Source of the DNA: Octopus sinensis
Lineage: Eukaryota
Length of the DNA stretch: 64,000 nucleotides
Direction: 5' to 3'
NCBI RefSeq assembly: GCF_006345805.1
Contig: NC_043012.1
Span: forward strand, 33,542,001-33,606,000
The translations under genes and the position numbers were made by a program. A model generated the notes under the pieces. It had not been told where the DNA came from. It saw only the letters and a program-made list of their open reading frames with translations, and made no database searches. This document shows positions 13,830-26,364 of the stretch, piece after piece. The stretch's first letter is position 1; each line of letters begins with the position of its first letter.

Positions 13830-13990
13830 AATTTTTGTACAAAGCCAGCAATTTAGTGGGGAGGGGTTAGTCGATTAGATCGACGTCCTTAGTCAACTAG
13901 TACTTTATTTTATCGATCCTAAAACAATGAAAGGCGGGATTTGAACTCAGAACGTAAAGCAGGAAAAAATAAAGCTAAGCATTTTACCCG
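13830..13990 (-). mobile_element. SINE family B, diverged
   Basis: tactttattttatcgatcc..atgaaaggcgggatttgaactcagaacgtaaa. Confidence 0.7.
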
Positions 13991-15195
13991 GAGTGTAAAA
14001 CAAAACAAACAGTTCAGCTCCAACCCCAAAAGATTCTACCAAGAACTTGGCAAAAATAAGATAGAAATCAATGCAACTGCAATAGCAGAAGAAATGGAAG
14101 AATTTTGGAAAGAAATATGGTCAGCGAAGGACCAACCTCAGCAAAGATCTATCAAACAACGAACACAGCACCTGGAAAACGCTGGGCCCCTATAACAACT
14201 GAAGAAGTCATCCAGGAACTGCAAAAACTAAGCACCTGGAAGGCACCTGGGCACGACAAGATCCCAAACTTCAGATTAAAATATTTAACAGAAACACATA
14301 AAAGGCTGACTGAGAAATTTAATGAAATAGTAGCAGTCCCAGAGACAATGCCTGAATGGCTCACGGAAGAGAAACTATCCTAATTCCTAAAGCCACTGAA
14401 ACGGTAAACCCACAAAATTACAGACCAATAACTTGTATCCCTACACTTTACAAAGCTTTTACTGCAATAATATTGCAGAGAATGAGCAAACATCTGGAAG
14501 AAAACGACCTGATTCCAGAAGCGCAGAAGAAATGCTGCAAGCGCTCATACGGCTGTAAAGATCAGCTACTGAGCAATAAAGCCATGACTGAAGAGAGCCG
14601 CAGAAAGAAGAAAGGTCTAAGTATGGCCTGGATCGATTATCGAAAGGATTTTGATGGTTTTTCCTCACACATGGATCCTAGAAACACTAACCACGAAGAA
14701 GGTACCACCAATAATCATAAAATATATAAAACTTTCCATGAATGAATGGCAGACAGTGCTACAGCTCCAGACAAAAGAGGGACTCATAAAAACCAAAGCC
14801 ATCCCAATTAGAAGAGGAATATTCCAGAGAGACACGCTCTCTCCACTCCTTTTCTGCTTTGCACTGACACCGTTATCTGACATGCTAAACAGAACTGGAT
14901 GTGGATTCAACTGCTACGGCAAAACAATCAGCCATCTCTTATATATGAATGATTTAAACCTGTACGCTATAAATGATAAACAGGGGGAAACATTACTACA
15001 CAGACACGACAGAGTTGGGACCTACATACACTGGAAACTATGCCAACACTATGCAATGACAATAAAAAAAATATGGTATAGGCACACGCCAGAAAAGGTC
15101 ACAGAAAATTACAAAGTAACCATACTCTGGGATATGCCAATCACACAGAGCTGCGCTCGGTAGTGCAGTGGAAGCACGTGATAAAAATAAGACTA

Positions 15196-15200
<5 letters not shown>
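13991..15200 (+). mobile_element. R4/Dong-like subfamily 1 copy with RT core and two large internal deletions
   Basis: WKAPGHDKI, NYRPITCIPTLYK, YGCKDQLL, AWIDYRK, RGIFQRDTLSPLLF, HLLYMND; ends in the subfamily 1 3' UTR plus (AAT)n. Confidence 0.9.
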
Positions 15201-15285
<85 letters not shown>

Positions 15286-15377
15286 TCGGTGGCTGAAAGC
15301 CATAGAAACACTAATATGGGCCAGTTTAGCAACGGGGAAAAATAACTCTCAAAGACTGGAACATCTTCAAAGTGGGT

Positions 15378-16282
15378 TAAGAAATTTACAAATTTACATA
15401 TCTGCAGCTTTCAAACATACATCCGATCGGCCTTAAAAACTTTAATACCCACAACTGCCTCTGTAAGCACCCTTTTTTTTCTTCTTCTCTAAAAATATCA
15501 CGCTTTTCTTTTTGTGGACTTGCAAAACCCTAAAACTTTCTATGAAAATCTGACTTTTCTTTGCTTCCTCCCAGAATATTCAAATATAAATGTAAACATA
15601 TACTCTTTATTGCAAAAACACACCTGTTCTTCTAACTGGACATACAACATCTCTAGAGGGGTCAACTTCAACCTCCACAATATACCTTGCACGAAATATA
15701 CAAACACTTTTTATTGCAATAACACAAACGCACATGGAAAAAATAATGATGCTAAGATTCTCTCTGGTCGAACACAGCTTCTCTATTCACAAATAATACA
15801 GAACAGCCCTTCAAAATAAGTAAGAAAATTTACAATTTACATATCTACAGTTTTAATCATACATTCGACCAGCTTTAAAATCTTTGATACCCACAATTGC
15901 CTCTGTAAACATCCTTTTTTTTTTCTTCTCTCTAAAAACATCACGCTTTTTTTTTTTTTTCTTTTTGTGGACTTACAAAACCCTAAAACTTTCTATGAAA
16001 ATCTGACTTCTTTGCTTCCTCCTCCTCCCTGAATATTCAAATATAAATGTAAACATATACTTTTATTGTAAAAACACACCTGTTCTTCTAACTGGACAGA
16101 CACACATCTCTAGAAAAGTCAACTTCAACCTCCACAATATTACCTTACAGGAAATATACAAACACTTTTTATTGCAATAACACAAACGCACGTGGAAAAA
16201 AAAAAAAAAAATGATGATGCTACGATTCTCTCTGGTCGAACACAACTTCTCTATTCACAAACAATACAGAACCGCGCCTTCC
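15378..16282. repeat. Tandem duplication of a ~440 bp AT-rich unit
   Basis: Units at 15378-15812 and 15821-16282 align end to end. Confidence 0.9.
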
Positions 16283-16664
16283 TTAATTTTTCTAAGCCTA
16301 ATAGTAGTAAACATCTGAACTTTTTTTGACCGATAGGACCGCACCTAAGGAAAAAAAAAAAAAAAAAAAAGACAGTCAGCCAGCCAACCACCAAGCCAGC
16401 CAACGAGACAGACAGACACTACTGTGATGGTGATAATGATAAAAAAAACAAAAATAACAATAATAAGATACTGCTGTGACTACACATAAAACAATATCAT
16501 TGATGATGATGGTGGTGATGGTGATGGTGATGATGATAATGATGATGGTAATGGTGGTGATAATGATGATAGTGATGGTAGTGGTGATGATAATACAATA
16601 ATAAGCCGACTACGGCTGCTATAATGGTACGATTATAATTGTAACGGCAATGATGCCGTCTCCC

Positions 16665-19600
16665 ACGAGCCAATCAAGCTAAAAAATGATAACATTATCG
16701 TAGCACAAAATGTTTTTGGAAACTAAAAGGAAAACTAAATCAGTATAACAAATCGCTTGTCCTATGGTTAATCTGGAAGCGCGTCCCCCAGGGAAGAGCC
16801 AGCCTGGGATCGAAAAGTCATCAACTGGCACAAACTCTTCTCCGAATACGGACATGGATGGTCACTTGAACGGGAAATCCCCCAACTCGAGCCCTCCAAG
16901 TTCACCACCACAACCACCACAGAAAGAAAATAAGCGGAACAAATGGACCCGAGAAGAGTATAAAGAAGTATATACGCTTATTACTATGCATTAGGTAGGC
17001 CATCTCAAGAGAGACACACCGCAAACTCTTACAGTATATGGAGAACACGGAATGAAGACAGTAGGCCCTATTTGGACGAGAACAAATTAGCAAATGTGAG
17101 GAGGGATATCTTTAGAAATAACAGACTCACAGACAGTGAAATAAGCGCGATCAAGCACGCAACGGAAATTACATAATATAAGACACAAAGGAAATGAAGA
17201 ATCAGATGAACAGAATAGCCCGCCACGAGGCTTAATTGAAAGACTGCCATCTGACCAAAGTACGCAAAGGCCTGAAGATACAAGAAATTCTATTGTACCT
17301 GTTAAAGATAGCCAGGAAAACGAAAAAACAACAGTAACTGAAGATCTCGCATTTGCTGAAGAACACAGAGAGTCTATAGCAGAAATGAGGCAGAAAATCC
17401 TGAATACGCTTGAAGTTGTAAGACATACAAGTATGAATGATAGAGAACCGCTTCATAAACTCTCAAATACAAACCAAAATAAAAAACAAATCCAAATTGG
17501 CAATTATTAACAAATGAAATAATACGAGAATTAAAACCTGATTTTACTGAGTTAAATGAAATTATTTACGCTTCTGCTAGGGCAATTGAAACCAGCTGTA
17601 TGCCCCCGAAAAAACAAAGAAAACAAAACCTGGGAAGAAATCAACCTGGAGAAGTAAAATTGAAAAAGAGATTGAATTTATGAGAGGGGAATATCAATAT
17701 TAAATGAACTAATATGTGGAAATGATGTAAGATCCAGAACAGGAAGAAAGAAGAGAAAATTTGGATCCTCACCAAGAGAAGAACTGATATCAATAAAGAA
17801 ACGCTGAAACAAAAAGTCCAAGCAAAAGCCCAAGAATACGAAGATTTGAGAAGAGAAACAAGTTTTACAAGCAAAATAAGCTGTTCACATCCAATGCCAA
17901 AAAATTCTACAGAGAAATAGGGAAGGAGAAAGTAACCGTTAAAGACCCCCCTCCCATGGAAGAAGTTCAAAACTTTTGGAAACGGATTTGGAGTGACAAG
18001 AAGACGTACAACATAAATGCAGACTGGATTATACAAACTGAAGGATCCTACCAAAATTTACAACAACAAGCATGGGAAGACATCACAATAGCAGACCTAA
18101 GAAGGCACTCACGAAGGCCCATAATTGGAAATCCCCCGGTAAAGATAGGGTGCCGAATTTCTGGCTCGCATCGCTCCCGTGCGCACACGGTAAGCTAGTT
18201 CAGCTGCTCAATGGAATTATGAGAGACCAAAGAAAACACCTGAATGGTTAGCAAGTGGCATTACTTACCTACTCCCAAAGAATAACGAAACCAACCTTCC
18301 AAAAAACTATCGGCCTATAACCTGTCTATCCACCACGTATAAAATCCTAACATCTATCCTGGCGGAGAAAACATATGCATTCATGGAGAAGAACGATATT
18401 TTCCCCATTGAACAAAAGGGTGCCGCCGAGGCTCTTACGGATGCAAAGATCAACTGCTAATCAATCGTATGATCCTTGAGAACTGTCACAACAAGCGCAG
18501 AAATCTCAGCACCGCATGGATTGACATAAAAAGCCTTCGACAGTATACCGCATCCATGGATCTTGAGATCGCTGGACATCTTCAAAATTTCCCCTGTGAT
18601 TTCAAACTTCCTGAAGCACAATATGTCGTTGTGGAATACGAATCTCCAATTATACCACTCTAATGGAGTACTTGCCTCAGAAAATATAAACATCAACTGT
18701 GGAATTTTTCAAGGTGACTCACTTTCACCTTTAATATTCTGCATAGCCCTAATACCCCTTACAAGTGAATTAAACAGAACAGGGTATGGGTATAAAATTG
18801 CCAATAAAAAATAAGCCATCTATTTTATATGGATGACTTAAAACTTTATGGTAAAGACAATAATGAACTTGAAGGCCTATTGCGCACCGTGAAATCATTC
18901 AGCGATGACATCGGGATGGAGTTTGGACTTGAGAAGTGTGCCAAGGCCACTTCCCAGAAAGGGAAAGTGAAGACCACAATTCAGTCGTGTTAGATGTTGA
19001 CACAGTCATAAGAGAGCTTGAGCAAGAACAAACATACAAATATTTAGGGATAAATGAAGGCTCTGGTATTCAGCATGCAAGCATGAAAGAGAAATCAGGA
19101 AGGAATGTTATAGGAGAGTTCGTGCAGTCCTGAAATCTGAACTAAATGCACGTAACAAGGTGTTAGCTATAAATTCCCTAGCAGTTCCAGTTGTTACTTA
19201 TAGATACAATGTGTTGAACTGGAATATGAGTGAAGTAAAGAATATAGATAGAAAAATACGCAAGCTGCTGAGTTGTAATAGGATGCACCACCCAAAGGCA
19301 GACGTAGATCGCCTTTACCTTCCCAGAGCTCAAGGAGGTCGAGGCCTGATCCAATTTGAACTAGCTTACAAAACGACCACAATTGGACTGGCCAAATATC
19401 TCGAAATATCGAATGACTGGATGCTAAAGCTCGTGGAAAATCACGAGAGACGAAAGAAGCTTCATTCTATCATCAAGGAAAGCAAAAAATTGCTATTGAT
19501 CTCGTGCAGGATACCCAAACTGAACAACCCGAGGGAAGTACGGCAACTATTGTTGCAAAGAAGGTGAAAATGATGGCAATGAAAAAAGCGCACGAGCAAT

Positions 19601-20552
19601 TGGCTGATAGGTGGGAGGAGAAACCTCTGCACGGCAAATATGTGACCCGCAGCAAACAAGCTGATGTTGACCAGAAGCAAACCCATCAGTGGCTGCGGAG
19701 CTCAGGGCTAAAAGCAGGGAGCGAAGGTTTCATCCTGGCTGCTCAAGACCAAAGCCTATCAACCCGGAACTACCAGGCCAATGTGATGAAAAATGGAGCA
19801 GACCCAAAATGCCGATTCTGCAACGACATGATTGAAACAGTGGACCACCTAATCTCTGGATGTAAAGTCTTAGCACCAGTGGAGTATAAATTAAGACATG
19901 ACAGAGTTGGCCAATATCTCACTGGCTAATAAGTCGGCATTACAATATCAAAACTGCCGACAAGTGGTATAATCACCACCCTGAGGCTGTAACTGAAGGA
20001 GAAAATGTAACCATTCTGTGGGACTTTCCAGTACATACAGACCGAACCATCAAGGCCAATAAACCAGATATTGTTGTGAAAGACCAAAACAATAAAGTTT
20101 GCTTATTGATCGACATGAGCATCCCCTGTGATCATAATATCTCAGCGAAAGAGTTTGACAAGCTCAGAAAATAAAGACCTACTCATTGAAATTGAGAAAA
20201 TGTGGCATCTCAAGGCGGTTACAATACCAGTGATCGTAGGAGCACTAGGAATGATCAAGAAGGGAACCGAAAATTATATGAGAATGATCCCTGGCTCACC
20301 ATCCCTGCAAGAAGTGCAAAAGATTGTCTTAACCGGTACATCACACGTATTGAGAAGAGCATTGTCGATGTGAGAACTGTTGCTGCTCATGCATTTTAAT
20401 TTAACTTTAAAAAAAAAAAAAAAAAAAATTAACGAACTACTGAGTTTGGTTTAATGGCCTACCAATATACACTATGAGTTTCTTTGCCCTAGGAGTCGGG
20501 AAGACACTCGGCAAGAAATGGAAGAAAATTTGAAAGAAGAAGAAAAAAAGTA
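16665..20552 (+). mobile_element. Near-full-length R4/Dong-clade non-LTR retrotransposon (RT, CCHC, RLE), frameshifted
   Basis: ORF from ~16764 to stop at 20373: NYRPITCL, GIFQGDSLSPLIF, FYMDDLKLYG (~18825), GGRGL, CRFC..H..SGC, RHD, NKPDIVV..LIDMSIP. 3' UTR ends in (TAA)n; 5' boundary approximate. Confidence 0.93.
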
Positions 20553-20581
20553 ATAATAATATAATAATAATAATAATGATG

Positions 20582-20651
<70 letters not shown>

Positions 20652-20691
20652 TGATGATGATGATGATGATAACAGCAGTACATGTGATAAC

Positions 20692-21223
20692 AGCAGTACC
20701 AGGCAGTGGCTCTCATGGCTTCTGATCATAACTGATTGGAAGTGTTATCATGTACATTGTTTTGTCTTGGTATAAAAGATGGGATACAGCAAATATTCTG
20801 CTCAATACCACAGATTTGCTTGTCAGTTGTTTGACCTTAACCAGTTGAGCGTGTCCCTTAGTGGCTGACGATATGTGCATCTCTGATCACAAGCAGAAGT
20901 AATGGGGGAGCATCATAGCCATGTGTTGAGAGAAATTCTTTGGGTTTGGATAATTCACCTCTGGAAACATGGGTGTTTCCCTCAACATCCTTAAACAACC
21001 CTTATTCAGGGACCGTTTGAGCGGGATGGGATACTCGACCAGGAGAAAATTCTAGCTGGGCCCCCACCAGCAAGGTCATGCGCTGTTTATCTTGATATGA
21101 GATCACTATGACGCGCACATATGGTTATGATGCATGTGTCTGGTGTACCGTTATCAGACGGGTATACTGGGCTTCGTATATTTTACCCGTGTCACTTTGA
21201 TGGCATGCACTGCTCTCTCACTC

Positions 21224-21225
<2 letters not shown>
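20692..21225 (+). mobile_element. Non-coding (AAT)n-flanked interspersed element, ~530 bp
   Basis: Second copy at 8695-9085; no ORF; ends ctctctcactc(AAT)n. Confidence 0.8.
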
Positions 21226-21279
<54 letters not shown>

Positions 21280-21291
21280 CAACAACAGCAA

Positions 21292-21336
<45 letters not shown>

Positions 21337-21337
21337 A

Positions 21338-21370
<33 letters not shown>

Positions 21371-21384
21371 TAATAATAATAATG

Positions 21385-22156
21385 ACAACAAAATGAAACC
21401 ATTGACCATGTTGTCTCCAAATGCAGTCTTCTAGCGCCTACAGAGTACCTCAGTAGGCATGATAGAGCTGCACAATATATTCACTGGGTAATTTGCAAAA
21501 ACCTGGATTTGCCCCATGAAAAAAACTGGTGGGAACACAATCCACCTCCTGTGCTTGAAAATGACCACATCTCACTCCTCTGGAACTTCACCATTCAAAC
21601 TGACAGGAAGATAGATGCAAATAGGCCAGACATTATATTGAAAGACTTCAGACAAAGAACATGCCTCCTCATTGATATGACTGTCCCAATCGATATAAAC
21701 GTATCTGTCAAGACCTACCAAAAACTGAGCAAGTATAAAGATCTTGAAATAGAAATCAGCAAAATGTGGAAGCTGAAGATTAAAACAATACCTGTTGTCA
21801 TAGGTGCCCTGGGAATGATAGCGAAAGGGACTGATTGCTACCTAACTCAGATACCAGGAAACCCCAAAATGGCAGAAATTCAAAAGATAGTGCTCATGGG
21901 AACTGCTCATATCCTACGCAAAATACTCTCTATGTAATCCCAAGGTTTAAAACAAACTTTTTTGTTTATTTATTTAATTTTTTTTTTAAATTTATTTATT
22001 TATTTTTTATTTTTATGTATTAGACATTCACTAGTACAACACCATAAAAAAAAAAACCCAAATATATGGCACAGAACTTCCAACCTGTTGTCTCTTGAGG
22101 TCTCTGGGTGAGACTTGGAGCCAACTTGTACAGACATAAAGCAAAAGTCAAACATA

Positions 22157-22160
<4 letters not shown>
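21385..22160 (+). mobile_element. 5'-truncated R4/Dong-like element, third subfamily (CCHC end, RLE, 3' UTR)
   Basis: ETIDHVVSKC..RHD..NRPDIIL..LIDMTVP..KYKDL..ILRKILSM*, followed by (AAT)n. Confidence 0.92.
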
Positions 22161-22219
<59 letters not shown>

Positions 22220-22244
22220 TTTTTCTACTTAATGTGATTCTTTG

Positions 22245-22417
22245 CCTTTTGTTTCAGTCTTTGAACTGTGGTCATGCTGGGGCACCGCTTTCAAGTGTTT
22301 AAATAATATTGACCCCCTGGTACTTACTTTATCGATCACTATTTGGCGAACAGCTAGGTACCGTTGTTTCGGAGAAACCGATAATTGACACTCCAATTAA
22401 TACTGGCAAACTAAGTA

Positions 22418-22472
<55 letters not shown>

Positions 22473-22535
22473 ACACAATATGGTGGCTTCTGCACAGCTT
22501 TTGTCTGCCAAACTTTACTCGCAAGACACCAGCTA
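22245..22535 (-). mobile_element. SINE family A, degenerate
   Basis: tgtttcagtc..catgctggggcaccgc tail and internal (CA)n. Confidence 0.65.
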
Positions 22536-23117
22536 ATTAGAAGCTGAAGTAGAAAAAATTGAAAAGAAAAAACACACGCCCAAAACGACACAGCAGTGGT
22601 GCGAACCAGGAATGACACGTGTGCCAAGTAAACGTTTTAGTCGGTTTACTATGCCTGCGCCAAGAAAATTGTGTCTTGTGCCAGAATATGTAGAAGACTT
22701 TGCGGATGTGAGGTACCAACTGCTTCAAGAAACTACGAGAAATCAATAACTCATGGCAATGTCGAAATATAAAAAATATAAAAATCCAATTTTTGAAAAG
22801 AAAAGAAAAAGAAAATATTAAAAGTTTTTCTGCCATTAAAATATTTTTTTATAGAAAAACTTCAAAAGTAAAGGAGAAAAAATATTAAAAAGAAAACCAA
22901 AAAAAGAAAGAAAACACGAAAAGAAATATAGTTATTTTTATCGCATTAAGATCATGAAATGGATTTAACCTTTAAAATGGTACCCTTTGATCTAAATATT
23001 CTAAATGGCAAAAACAGTGGTGCTGTTTTTCTTGTGCCCAGGAAGAAATATAGACACTGTACAAGACTTAATTACATCTACTAGGCATAGAAAAACATCG
23101 GTAGTAATGGAGAGAAC

Positions 23118-23163
<46 letters not shown>

Positions 23164-23945
23164 GAGAGTGAGAGAGGTGGAGGAGGAGGAAAGAAATTTC
23201 ATGAAATTGGTTCTTTCGAAGCACGATTAAGGCCAAGACTGTTTACAGAAAGAGAAAGTTCTTTAGGTAATGATTTCTTTGGAGATTCTAAGATATCCAT
23301 TTGTGAGGTTTCAAATTTGAGCCTGCAGCTACGTGATGCATGAATTCTTTCATAATAACTGTTTGAAATCATTAAATGAGTTCCAACGACTATTCGCAAA
23401 GAAATGAGTAAATTATTTAAAAAATAATATAGAAATAAAACTGAAAAAAAAAATTGAGAAAATATCAATAAATAGAAAAATAAAAATTCACACAAAAATA
23501 AATATATAAATGCAACAAACAAAAACTAAATAAACAAGCCAGATGTTTCAAGTTTGGCTAAAGAAATTATTGAAGCAAACTGAAGTAGGAAACCCGCAGG
23601 CGATTCCATAAATATATTTAGACTGTAGTTTTATTGTCATACAATTTTGATTTAACCCAGTCTGTCTTTGGACAAATTTAGGTCGTTATTTAACTCTGGT
23701 GCAGTTCGGATCGAGCTAGCAGGGTTATGATTAAACGTATTCCATCTGTGATCACTCGGTTGTTTTTCAGGAGTCTTACAAGTAATACTACATTATCCTA
23801 AGTAATCTCACTTATATGTTCTGAAAGATGGCAGGGTATGATATAAAAAGGAATGTTTCGCTGCTAATTCTAGCAGATCGATAAACCACGTAAAGATTCC
23901 TCTGCTGGATAACTTAGGGTTGTATTTTTAAGTTAAAGTATTGAT

Positions 23946-24085
23946 ATGGCTGCGCGGTTAAGAAGCACTCTTAGGACTACATAGCCACGTGAGTGAATTT
24001 GGTAGGCAGAAAATGTATGGAAGCTCGTTGGTGCTCTAGCTCCAGCTTGGTCGCAGTCAAATGACCGAAACAAGCAAAAGAGTAT
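23946..24085 (+). mobile_element. SINE family A, internally deleted
   Basis: ggctgcgcggttaagaagc head, gtgagtgaatttggtag, cgcagtcaaatgaccgaaacaag tail. Confidence 0.6.
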
Positions 24086-24184
24086 AATAATGTATATTAT
24101 ATATATATATAAGATGTGATCTCACAACTTCTGGATATAACCTTGGACTTTACTTTTTTACTTTTTTTACTTCTTGTCATTATG

Positions 24185-24302
24185 GACTCTCTGATAAAAC
24201 TTTGGGGTTCAATTTTTATATAACTTTTTTTTTTATATAAGTTCTGTATGATGTGACAACTTTGGCACACTGGACCCCCAAAGTAGAAACAACTGTAAAA
24301 GT
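24185..24302 (+). ncRNA. Degenerate type-I hammerhead ribozyme with long stem II, in a (TA)n-flanked element (~24111-24397)
   Basis: gactct-CTGATAA-a-actttggggttca...tggacccccaaagt-a-GAAA-caactg-TA-aaagt. Confidence 0.5.
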
Positions 24303-24400
24303 AGAGTTGTATTTATTTATTTATTCCTATGGTTGTAATAAATAAATCTTGCTGATGTTTATCAATTGAATCTCTTCTCCATTTTCGTTCTTGCCTGATA

Positions 24401-24445
<45 letters not shown>

Positions 24446-24453
24446 AATATATA

Positions 24454-24489
<36 letters not shown>

Positions 24490-24494
24490 TGTAT

Positions 24495-24710
24495 GTATGT
24501 ATGTATGTATGAATGTGTGAGCTTGTTACTGCCCCCGCCCCGCTTGGAAGCGGTGTTGATTTGCTTACGTCCCCGTAACTCACTTGTTCGGGAAAGGCAC
24601 CAATAAGTACTTAACTTTAAAACTTAGAAGTGAGGTCGATTTGTTGAACTGAAGACTTCAAAAGAGTGCCCTAACATGACCAAACACTGAAACAATTAAA
24701 ATGCAAAACA
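24495..24710 (+). mobile_element. SINE family A, 3' half, degenerate
   Basis: cgtccccgtaact..gtcgatttgttgaact..actgaaacaa. Confidence 0.55.
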
Positions 24711-25557
24711 AAAAAGTAGCAAACAAAACATTATTGGCAGATGGAGATGGAGATGGAGAGAGTGAAAGAGAGAAAGAGAGACGACAATGATGGCGACAGA
24801 AAAGAAATGAGTTCTTGAGTAAATTGTACAGCAACCATTCACGAAGTCACTGTGGAGAGATAGCTACGGTTAAACCGACCCATGGAAATTTATGTCAGAT
24901 CTGTGACATGAACTAGTTAAATGGTGTCTATAATTATCTTGTGTTGACTGTTGTTACTTTGCTGATCAAGCGGAACTCTCATCAAAAACAGATCGGCCAT
25001 GACCATCCGTTCCCTTACACAAGCCATGATATATCTAGTATTATATGAAATCTTGTCTTCTCGTTTAAGACAGCCGAGTGTAAATTGAGGTAGATTAGAT
25101 GGCTATTTTTAACAGAGGCTCTATGATAATGAAAAATAATTTAACAAAGAGGCTTACAGACTCTTTAGAACTTAAAAACATTTGGTTTCCAATTTAAAAA
25201 CAGATGAGTGCTTGATAGAGATTAGAACGGTTCGATGAGAAGATTTAACATAAATAACAAGAGAATAGTTACAGATCTAAAAAATCATTAGAAGGACCCT
25301 GGTTCTCAAAGATCGACAAATTTACTACCTATAACATTACTATAAGTTTGGTTGCTCTATCAAAATGATGTTTTATTTAATGAAGCATTTGAAAAGGTTT
25401 GATCACGTTGATGTCAAGATATCAGAGTTTAGCTCCCCGATAGTCAGACATTCCACTGCATGCAATCGGGACAAGTTTAATCACTCGAATACTGAAATAA
25501 TTTCCTCGCATAAGAGGATGGCTCCTTGATAGTGAAATACAGTACTATATATATTCT

Positions 25558-25860
25558 TAGACCCCCTTCGGTCATGAATGACCATGGGATTGCACCTAGA
25601 AAGTTACCCTCCTAGACACAAGTCCGGGCAAAGTTGTTTATGGAAGTCCAGCAGTCGCCCATGCATACCAGCCTCCCCTCAAGGGAAAGACAAAGGTCGA
25701 TACAGCTTGGCACCTGTGACGTCGCAATCATTTCTGCAGCTGAGTGAACTGGTGCACGTGAAATAAAGTGCCTTGCTCAAGAACACAACATGCAGCCCGG
25801 TCCGGGATTCGAGCTCACAACCTCACGATCGTAAGCTCGACGCTCTAACCACTGAGCCAT
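25558..25860 (-). mobile_element. tRNA-derived CORE-like SINE (family D head)
   Basis: Reverse complement reads tggctcagtggttagagcg..gctcgaatcccgg..gttcttgagcaaggcactttatttcac. Confidence 0.8.
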
Positions 25861-25918
25861 ATATATAATATATCTATATTATATATATATTATATATATA
25901 TATATATATTATATATAT

Positions 25919-25961
<43 letters not shown>

Positions 25962-26158
25962 TATATATATATATATTAATAATATATATATATATATATA
26001 TATATATCTATCTTATATATATATATATATATTATATATATATATATAATATATATATATATCTAATATAATATATATATTATTATAGATATATATATAT
26101 TATATATATATATATATATATATTTATATAACTATATATATATATTATATATATATAT

Positions 26159-26202
<44 letters not shown>

Positions 26203-26222
26203 ATATATATAATATATATATA
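25859..26222. repeat. Imperfect (TA)n array
   Basis: Directly visible. Confidence 0.95.
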
Positions 26223-26279
26223 AAACATTATGGTGAATTGAGGAAATGAGCTGAACGCAGATTGAACAGAAATGTTTTA

Positions 26280-26364
26280 TTCATTCTACACGTGTTTCGA
26301 AAGGCACAAATTACCAAAATCCGATTGAATAATGGGACCATATTGGTCTTTCTCTCAGGAAGAA
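26280..26364 (-). ncRNA. Type-I hammerhead-like motif (N7 missing) in a (TA)n-flanked element (~26225-26562)
   Basis: Minus strand: ttcttc-CTGAGA-gaaag...ctttc-GAAA-cacgtg-TA-gaatgaa. Confidence 0.55.
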
